Positions 53,031 through 64,000 of a stretch of DNA of 64,000 nucleotides are shown here, in pieces; positions within the stretch are counted from its first letter, which is position 1; each line of letters opens with the position of its first letter. Origin of the DNA: the human T2T-CHM13v2.0 reference genome, Homo sapiens. The stretch is taken from assembly GCF_009914755.1 (NCBI RefSeq), contig NC_060945.1; one strand, 5' to 3'. The notes below the pieces were generated by a model, which searched no databases, was not told the DNA's origin, and saw nothing but the letters and a program-made list of their open reading frames with translations. Made by a program: the position numbers and the translations under genes.

Positions 53031-54517
53031 TGCCTCTGACGTCCTTCCCAGTGAGCAACTTCAGCCACTTGACCTTTGGCCACTCGTGCAAACTCTGGCC
53101 ACTGCTTCATTTCCATGTGAGCCAAGGAGACCTTCCTGGTGGCGGGGACTGGGAAGGCACAGTGGAAGCCCTGCACACTGCGAGGTTCTGCCTGGAGATG
53201 CCAGCACTGAATGGAGAGTCGAGGTACATGAACAGTGGGTATGACGGCATGCAAAGCCAGCAGCCCTGTTCCAGAACTGTCTTCAGGTTCCTGCACAGGC
53301 CCAAGACCTCTGGTGCCAGCTGCACCCTCCTTGTTGGGCATCTGGCCATTGAGGGGGGGCAGTTGGAATGTGAGGCTGGGGTTCAGCTGCAACAGACACG
53401 TGCCCAGTGCCGGCCGCCAGCTTCCACATTCGCTCATTCGTTCTACACACTTTCTCGGAGGTCCTCTGTGCTGCCAGGGCAGGCTGGGTGTGTGAAAAAC
53501 AGGCCCCAAGGTACAAAAGGGCTCAAGCATAACAGTGGTTATGGGGTCCCAGATGGGGTCCCTGGCTAGCTGGTGGCTGAGCCCTGCTGTCTCCTGAGCC
53601 TGACGGAGACACAGCTGCCTCTAAAAGCCTCTGAAAGCGGAGTGGACTGCGTCTCTCCTGCCAAGTGCTGCTGGTGAGGACCAGTCTCAGGGCCACACAT
53701 GCCCAAGGCTTTCTGGATGGCAGTCATATCCCTGCCAGACTCCCCACGGGGCGCAGGAGGAGCTAGTCACGGTCTCCACCCCATTCCAGGTGCTTTAGCC
53801 GCCCTGCAGCTGTGACCGCAGGATGAGAAGGGCAGGATGCCGCCCCAGGAACGCACGCCTGGCAGGGGGCAAATCCCAGACGGCGAGGACGGGGCAGGAG
53901 GCCCAGCAGCGCTGGGAGGGTGGGGATGAGCCGGGAGGAGGTGACGCAGCAATCCCAGTGGGAATCTCTGTCGGAGACAGGCCGGTGCCCCACGCCATTC
54001 AGTGAGTGCGAAGCCAGGTGTGAACTGCAGCAGACATGAAGGGAAGGCAGTGACGAATTCTCACCTCCCTCGTCAGGCGCCTGCTTGGATTTGAATGTGG
54101 GCTCAGAGAAGGCCTTGGGTGAGCAGGGTCAACACGAGGTGGGCGTTGGACCTGCACTGTCTTTCTGGCACAGCAAAGCCACTGACTGGGCCTCCGGGGT
54201 GATCACCGGCGGCCTGCGCCCAGACGGATTTCAGAATTGCTATGGGCTGGTGGCCACTCGCACCCGTGCCCCTCTTGGGAGTGGGGAGTGCTATTTGCAG
54301 CTACTCTGTCCCATTGTAGACTAGGGGGATCCACACCTGTGAAGCCTCAGCCTCACCTGGACCCCATGTGGATGAGGAGATCATGAACTGGGAGCGATAT
54401 TCTGGGGGATGCGGCACCGGGGCTTAGAGCAGGGTGAGTGCACCCTACGTGCCGGCACATGATTCACTGTGGCCAGTGTGTTCCCCAGAGATAGCTGCCA
54501 CAGCCCTCACCCCATAA

Positions 54518-55094
<577 letters not shown>

Positions 55095-56733
55095 CAGCCC
55101 AGCCTTTTTAACTGAGCAAGTCCCTCAGCTACTTTAGGGGTCAACATTATGTGATTAGGGACAATAGGAGCCCCTGGGAAGGACAGTGACCTCGTACAGA
55201 GCAAGCAGGAGGGGCCCCGAGGGCCTCCTGGGTACTCTGCACAGACATGAGGTAACCAAGGCTTCTGACTCTGCACAGTCTTTGGTAAACCCCTGGTATT
55301 TTTCTGGAGAGTATGGCGGGCGTGGCTCTGGGAAGGAGTCATGGCCCTCAGAGAAGGTACCTGGTAACAAGGGCAGGTGCCTCCTTTCTAAAACCAAGAT
55401 GGCGTGAGTCTCTGTACCCTGAGGTGGGGCAACTCTGTGTGAGTCACTGCAAGCAGGGGTGGTGTGCACCAGTTCCATTGACAACAATAGGGTCTAAGGA
55501 TCCCTTTATCTTAACTCACACCACCAAACTTGGAAAGATAAGACCAGGCTGTGAAAATTATCAGAGATAAAGAGGTTTTTGAATGGAAGTGGTAGAGAAT
55601 TCACACACACTTCTCCCCCCTGGAAGGTTTGTCATAGATTGGTACACATTTCAGTTTTCAAAATAAATAGACCAATGTTCAAAAACTGTGTTCCTTCTCT
55701 CCATTGAAAATAGACTGGGGCGAGTATTTCTGTCACCAATTTGACTTGACAGCACTTGGGAAACCAGATGAATGCCTTTTGCAGGGACAGTTAATCAGAT
55801 TTTTTAAACTGACTTTTTTTTCTTTTCCTTCTTTTTTTTTAAAAAGGTATAATACTAATAAGTGTGCATGACAAAATTTAAACATAAGGGAAGTAAAATT
55901 TGAGATACAAGTTTCTCTTTCCCCATCCCTACAAACTCTGCTTCCATTCCCCACTGGAACCTTGCAGAACATGTACGTGCAGAACCAAAGGGCATGTGTG
56001 TGTGCGTGCATGCCTGTGTGCACACCTGTGCACATGTATACTTTTAACACATCAATGAGATTACACTATGCAATACTGCTCTGCATCTTGGCATACTGAA
56101 TAAATAATATGTTGAAGAGATCTTTTCAAATTAATACGAACAGACTCAACTCATTCTTTTGTATCCTAATTTTTTGTTGTTATTGTCTTGTCATTGAAAG
56201 AGACATACAAAACTTCTTGAGATTGTGGACTCACAGTTCCGTTAGTGTTTGCTTTCTGTGTTTGGAGGCCATGTTCTTAGGTGCATATGGGTTCATCACA
56301 GTTCTTGTTCTTCTCCATCACAGTCATTCCTCATGTCCACAGTTTTTGTCCATCACAGTTTTTGTCCTGCTGGTGAGTCATTCTTCTTATTTTCTTTAAC
56401 GTTCATGATGCTTTTTGCCTTTAAGTCTATTTCATGGGACAGTCATAGCAATTCAGCAGCTTTCTAATGGGTAATATTGGTTTAATATATCTTTTCTTTC
56501 ATTTTATTTTAAATCTTTCTGTGTCCTATGTCAGCATATCTCTTCTAAAAAACACACATTTATAAAATATTAAAGGTACATACATACAATGTAGAAAGTG
56601 CAATCAACACAGGAGAAGTAAAGAATTCTAACCACCCTGAGCTTCCCTCCCCATGCAATAAATCGTAACAGCTTCTTGCAGATCCCTCTAGAAAACTCTG
56701 TCAACAAAAACATATAATTTTAGGTACTATAAA

Positions 56734-57083
56734 GCAGTGGTCCCCAAACTTTTTGGCACTAGGAACCAGTCTCATGGAAGACAATTTTTCCACAGATGAG
56801 GGGTGGCAGGGGGCTATGGTTTCAGGATTTCAGGACAAAACTGTTCCATCTCAGATCATCAGGCATTAGATTCTCATAAGGAGTGCACAACCTAGAACCC
56901 TTGAATGTGCAATTCACATAGGGTTTGTGCCCCTGAGAATGTAATGCCACCGCAGATCGGACAGGAGGTTAGGTCAGGTGGTCATGCTCGCTGGCCCACC
57001 ACTCACTTGCTGCTGTGCAGGCCGGTTCCTAACAGGCCACAGACTGGTACTGGTCTGTGGCCCGTGGGTTGGGGGTCCCTTCC
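56734..57083. mobile_element. MER1-like hAT-Charlie DNA transposon remnant
   Basis: cagtggtccccaaactttttggcac...ggcccgtgggttgggggtccct terminal inverted repeats; cattagattctcataaggag internal motif. Confidence 0.8.
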
Positions 57084-58657
57084 ACAAAGGCATCATGGGA
57101 TGCCTTCATGAAAGGAGTGTCCTTTTTGGCCATACCGCTACAAACCTGGATGTACTTGGGCTGTTGTCCTTCAGTGTCAGCACGTTACCTGCTGTCCTCC
57201 ACATGTGAGCGAGAACTTGGATGGGTATAAAACTCCCAGAGCCCATTTCCACCCTAACTGTGTAGACCCTGCTCTGTCTCCTTCTCCACAAGAGCACTCA
57301 GTGGGAGTTCTGAGGTGGCCTCTTGTACTCTCCTTGGTATGCAACCCGCTATGAAGAGCTCATAGTTCTTTATCTGTAGTGTGCAGGCAAATGTTTACCA
57401 ACCAGCTTTCTTCGGGGAAAGCCCTGATTGTAGCATTTGCCAGTTTCTGGTAAAACTCCCACTGTGGTGGATTTCCAGCTACCAAATGTCACTGAATGCA
57501 GAGTTGGAAAGAGATACACAGTAGCCACCTTTGTGTAGCAACTCCATCATACAGGTACAGTTGTCATAAGCAGCCTCCAGGGCATAAACAGTAGCAAAAC
57601 AGGTTAAAAATAATTAGGAAGAAATGAGTGTGGAGTATCTATTAACTTTGTTTTTGATATAATTGATTTGGTTGTAAATTTGTTAATTTGATGTACGATA
57701 ATGGCTGGGATTAACAACTGGCTCACACTATTCTTGATAATTTAACAGCCAGCTCTAAGGGCTGGTGTGAGCCATCTCCAGCACACCCTCGGTCTGTATG
57801 TCATTCTTGCTCATGATGCACCTTTTGCCTAGGATGTACTGTGCCCTTTCAACCCACGTTTTCTTTATTTCCTTTAAGCTATTTGCTGTTATCCTTGTGA
57901 GATGAAAGCCAGGGCTGGGACACACTGATACAGAAATGGGCCCTGGGGTGCCAGGCTTGGGGGAGACGAGGGGCACCACAGTGAGGACCTGGCTTTCAGC
58001 TTGCCTGTGCAGCTTACACTTGGGGCTGCTGAAGTGCGCCGGCCCTGCAACTGGGCCAGGGACTTCCCTAATATCTGTTTTTCTAGAGATGTTGAGCCTG
58101 AAGTGAGGCAGTTGAGCAAACAAGTGGACAGCATATTAACATAGCAGGGATTTCTGAAAACCCAGGGTCCTGGCCAGCCATGGGCTGCAGCTCCCTTTTA
58201 CCTCTGGGTGGTCATGACGGTAAGTACACCAGGTGATGAGGACCATAGTACACTGTTGCTGGAGTGGAGTGCCAGGAAGCCCATGATCTAGCCTGAGGGG
58301 ACTGCAAATATTTTAGGGACAGACTTCAAAATATACCAAATTAATTGTTAAGCTTTTTTGGTTAATGTCAGAAAAATGGAATGTAGTTAAAATGCAATAA
58401 TGCTAAACAGCTTGATTTTATTGAAGAGTGTCCTAAAAAGATATAGCCACTTATGTCATTTTATAATTCTATTTGTTCTAATAATGTATCTTTTTTATTC
58501 CCCCACTGGGAAAATTTCATGCTGCATGAATTCATTAATGTCTCTTCCTCTGCATGCTTATCTTAGGCTAAGAATGAATGAATTTTCTACTTTGCCTCAT
58601 TTGACTGTGTAAGAGGGTCAAGAAATAGACCCATCTCTTCAGGATGTAGCAAGTTCA

Positions 58658-59089
<432 letters not shown>

Positions 59090-60869
59090 TCACCTCCTTC
59101 ACCAAGGCCTCCAACATCCCAGCCCATTATGGCATCAGCACAAAGTCCAGGGTCTCATCATCTATGTCAGGTCTGTAAAGTACCCCCAGTGTATTCCTAA
59201 GATGCATTTACTCAAGCGCAATCCCTCCCAGCGTGAAGACCTGCAAACTAAAGGGGTCAAATTCCCTCTTCCACACACCCAACATTTTAATACAATGGGG
59301 AGGAAAGAAACCAGGATCGGTCTTTCTGACTGAAAAGTCAGAAAGCTGGCGGCACATTAGCAGTCAATGCCCACACAGCTAAAATCCAGCTGCAGGGCAC
59401 CAATTCCCCTGCTCTAGAGGTAGGAAGTGTACCTTAATTAGAGCTGAGTGTTTGTTCTATGCTCTTGCCTCTCCCTCCATGCTCTTGACTCCACCCTCTG
59501 AGTCACCCTTCCTTTCCCCCGAAAAACGGTCCATATTTTCATCTGATTACCTCTCTTAGTCATCTTCCTGGACATAGAAGATGGATGTCCCAGAGACTTC
59601 TTCTAATTTTGAATTGTCCCTTTATTCAGAGCTGACAGTGCTTCCACCAATACAATTCTCTTAAAAACTTGGTGGATTTCCTACAAATCTTAAGGGGGTC
59701 TCACTCCATTAGACAAAGATATCATCACAAGTCTCTCAGTCTCACTGAAAGAGTAAATGAGGCATGCCTTAAATCTTTCTCAAGTCTCAATAAAAGGTAT
59801 GAAATCCACACTTTTAATCTGAACTTTACCCCACAGCCATAGTTGACTTCAAACACACTGAGTTCCATCTTTGCCACGCAGCATTTTCTTACTGTGAGAA
59901 TATTTCTTTGTCTGAAAGATGCATATGAGAAACCACTTAGAGAAACCCAGCCAAGTCCTGACACCTTTATATTTTCTTTAAATTTTGCTCAAAAATGGGA
60001 CATTCCTTCATTATTTTATCTATATTACACACAGCTAAAAGAAAGCAGTTGCCAATTATGACAGTCTGCCTCAAAGTCTCTTCAGTCAAACCCACAAGCT
60101 CATGTGGTATATTTTTTGGTGTCCTGGTTTCCCCAAAGGATATTTTAACTAACGTTTCTGCTGCTACATGACAGCAGTCACTCTTTTCCATCTTTCCAGG
60201 TGTTCCCTCACTGAACTTTGAGACTTTACTATCAGTCTCATTGAGGTCTCTTAGCCCACACTTCCATCCCTAAGATGATTTCCCCAGTTTTAGGCTTTTG
60301 TTTCAGTAGCACCTCATTTCAAAGGTGCCGTTCACTTCCCAAGTAGTGCACCTGCAGTGTTGGGCAACAGAGAAAAAGTCCCTTTCTAATTCATACAAAG
60401 GGCTGGTGGAGGCCCAGGTCCCTCAAAGAAATTCTCCACTGCTTCACTTGTCCAAATGCCCCATCATCCAAGCCCAGCCAAAGTTCCTCTTCTGCTGTGT
60501 GGCCAGCCTTGACTTCTCCTCGCCTCTGAACTCCTTCTGTCTCATGTTAATCTTCTCTTGCAGCACTTTGTGTAGAGTTATTGGTTTATATATCTCATTA
60601 TTCTCATCTTGGTAAATTCTGGGTTGCACAGTACGAGGTTTTACTCTGAATTTTCAGTACGCATGTGATAACAGAATGAGTAAGTCAGTGAATGAGAGTC
60701 CACTCCCTCTTGCTCCCAACTTCATTCTAAAATGATAAATAAATTAAAGTAATGGTTACATTCCAAGGGGGATAAACACCAGGCAGGTTGTAATAGATGC
60801 TGTTACCACATTTCACCAAAAATTTAAGGTAGCACCACTTTTAAGATGTACCACTATTTTATATGCTGT

Positions 60870-62460
60870 TAAGGAATGTTGGCAATTGTTTTATGTTCAT
60901 TGAAAAAGAACCTCTTCATCACGCCCATGCCTTCTTCTACCTTTTTGAGCATATGAAATCTAGTTAGCACTGCCTCACTGTTCTTGTATACAAATCCCAT
61001 TGTATCTGTCTTCTCTGGGTCTGTTTCTATTGATGGATTTTGACCCTGGGTATGAATCATATTTTCCTGCTTCTATGTGTGATAGTTTTTGATTGAATGG
61101 TATAGACATTGTGAAAGGTACATGGGTGGGTGCTGAATTTTTGGTATTACTTTGAATATTCTTGGGTTGTGTTGGAATCCTTTTGAGGATTGCTTAGAAG
61201 CCTCGTTAGTGTGGGTCCTTCAGCCTGGGGCTAATCTGGCCCCATTGCTGACACACTACCCTGCTGCAGCCTCCACGATGCCCTTTGAATTAGGAGGTCT
61301 TTCCACTCTGGCTTGTGGGAACACGAACAATCCCAGCCCTGTTCGAGCTCCTCCGGATGTTCTGCCTCCTCCTTTCTAGTGGTTCTTTTCCCCTCAGGTA
61401 ATTTCTTCATAGGCATGCGTAGATCAGTGCTCAGCCACAGTTCTCTGGGTGGGTCTCCCTCTCGCCTTCTCTCACCCCATCTCTTTCTCTCCTCCCCCAT
61501 CTCTTTCTCTCCTTCCCCATCTCTTTCTCTCTCTGTAGCTCCCTCTTCTCTTGTACTCAGCCCTGAAAATTCTGGTTGCCTTGGCTTCCCCCAACTTATA
61601 ACTCAGTCTCTGCCGCAGCAAGACCCCGCCTTATCTGGGTACCCCCTCTCAGGCTCTGGCCTGGAGCTCCTCTCCAGACAGTAGCCAGGGGCTGGAAGGT
61701 CTCTCCTCATTAGTTTCTCCTCTCTCAGTAACTGCTGCCCAATTCTGACCGCTGTCCCATGTCTCAAAAGACATTTTTGCATATATTTTGTCCTTCTTTC
61801 TAGTTGTTTAAGGTGAGAGAGTAAATCTGGACCAGTTATTCTGTCGTGGCTCAAAGTGGAAGTCTTAGTTTTTGTTTAACTACAAATGCTTTTGTTTTAC
61901 TCTCATTCTTGAAAGGTATATCATGGGATGAACAGTTCTTGTTGAAAGCTGTTTCCTCCCAGGTATTTGAGACCTCTGCTTCTCACGGCTTCCCCTATTG
62001 CTGTTTAGGTGTTGGTTTCAGTGCCGTTCAACAGTTACTCATTCTTCTCTCCAGTTGCTTTTATAATCTTTGTCTTTGAGAATCTCCAGTTACAACAGGT
62101 GTGTCCAGATGTGGTTTTCTTCAAACACACTCTGCTTAGATTCTCTGAAGCTTCAGAGTCTGAGAAATGGTGCCTTTCCATTCACATCTCTTCCCTATTA
62201 CCTTGGCCCATTTAATCCACTTTTTTTCCTCCTAGAGCCCCAGTTAGGCCACGTGGGGCCTTTTTACTCCATCACAATGCTAACCACTAAAGAGAACTTA
62301 TTTTTCACCCTTTGTCTGTGTTGCACTCTGGGTGACTTCTTCAAATATATCTTCCAGTTCGCTAATTTTATATGTATTTGCATCTAATTTGCTGCTTAGC
62401 CTATTCATTGTTTTCAAATTCATTTATTCTTTTTTATTCCTAAGATGTTTCTCATATCTG
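60870..62460 (-). mobile_element. Old antisense L1M fragments
   Basis: T-rich + strand; tctgggtctgtttctattga, tatcttccagttcgctaatt motifs. Confidence 0.55.
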
Positions 62461-62479
62461 CCTCCTCAATTCTGACAGT

Positions 62480-62792
<313 letters not shown>

Positions 62793-62869
62793 CAGTTCTG
62801 ATGGTGTCCCGTCCACTTATTTTTAACGCCACGTTTTAGTTCTTTAAACACATGGGTCACGATACTCCC

Positions 62870-64000
62870 AGGCCCAGGTTGGGCCGCTCTCTTCCTCGTC
62901 TCCCCTTGAGGCCGGGGACGTGTAGGAGTGGGGCCTTCGCACGGAGTTCTCCAGCGGACTTCTTCCTTTCTTGCCTTTCCGTTTTTTTTTTTTTTTTTAA
63001 TTTTTAATTTTCCCGTTCCACCCAGACCCCTCTGGGGCGCGAGGAAGGTCCCCAGGCTGCGGGTCCCGCGCCGGCCCGGCCGCGCTTCTAAGGCAGGACT
63101 GCCGCGTGTCGGTCACGGTGTCGCGTATTCTCCGCGGGACGGACGTGTCTTCAGGTCCAACCCGCCCGGTGGGAAGCGCAGACACTGATTTTCCAGAAAA
63201 AGTCCTCCTTCCGTTTCCCGCACTGGTAGGAAAGCTGGGGAGAGAGAAGGAGTCTCACCGTCCTGGACCAGTCGGAACCACAGAGGCCGCTCCGGGTCCG
63301 GGGGCGACTTCCGAGTGGGGGAAGGAGGCCGGAGGGCGCGCGGCCGAGCCCAGACCCAGCAGAGCGCGCGGCCGCCCGCTCCCAGGTTTCCCTCCATCTC
63401 GGCCCCGGCCGCCTCTGAGGTTCTGGACCAAGCCCAGTGCCCGCTGCCCGCAGAAGGCCTCACTCTGGAGCCGGCGGGGAGGGCGGGGACGCGGCTGTCC
63501 AGAGCTCCGTGCCCGCCCCGGGAGTTCGAAGGGTGCTGGGGCCGAGGGGAAGGCTCTGGTCGGCGGCGTCAGCGGCAGCTCCCAGACGACCTAGGACTGC
63601 AAAGGGCCCAGGACGGGGGGCGGGGCGGAGACAGGAGGCGGGGCGGAGGCATGGGGGCGGAGACATGAAGGGGCGGGGCTGGGGCGGGGCTGAGGCAGGA
63701 GGGGCGGGGCTGAGGCAGGAGGGGCGGGGCTGAGGCAGGAGGGGCGGGGCAGAGCCTGAGACACCCCGCCCCGCCCCCCACCTCCACCTCGAGCCCGCCC
63801 CTCTCCCAGGCTCCTGCTCCAGGGCGAACCCGGGGGTCCTCTCCCATGGCTCTGTGGGGGACCCCGGGGAGGTCGCCCTGGCACGGGACACTGTCGCGGG
63901 GTAGGACCCGAGAGGGTCTGGGGCGGTCAGGCTTCATCCTGAGCACCGCCCGGGTGCAGGGAGCGCTGGGTGCTGGGTAAGCGCGCGCCTGCGGGAGAGG
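62870..64000. promoter_or_regulatory. CpG island / GC-box-rich promoter running off the right edge
   Basis: Dense CpG; repeated ggggcggggctgaggcagga units 63680-63750; about nine GGGCGG cores in 63615-63780. Confidence 0.85.

Noticed and set aside
51639-53569. Repetitive GCPWDG-type ORFs
   Set aside because: Translations of the 17-bp minisatellite

Overview
Human-type genomic DNA (Alu/L1/MaLR/MER repeats, CpG islands, VNTRs) covering the 5' half and about 47 kb upstream of SLC19A1 (reduced folate carrier, chr21q22.3) on the minus strand. Three coding exons are present (10131-10319, 3627-4386, 2788-2989) and the 3' exons lie beyond the left edge. Several alternative 5' exons and promoters can be placed. 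The haplotype is c.-43T / c.80G (Arg27) / c.696C. The rest is repeat-rich intergenic or long-5'-intron DNA with two further CpG islands (~27.9-29.4 kb, ~62.9-64 kb) and several GC-skewed minisatellites. Nearly all long ORFs in the track are artefacts of GC-rich repeats or Alus. I see no prokaryote-style novel system. The most unusual items are in introns 2 and 3: (i) a 69-nt, in-frame, splice-site-flanked duplicate of the 3' end of exon 2 (codons 41-63, including the N58 sequon); (ii) a VNTR made of tandem copies of the non-canonical GC donor; (iii) an intron-3 VNTR that is stop-free in all three sense frames. Repeat subfamily names and literature matches are from memory, not from database searches, and repeat boundaries are approximate.
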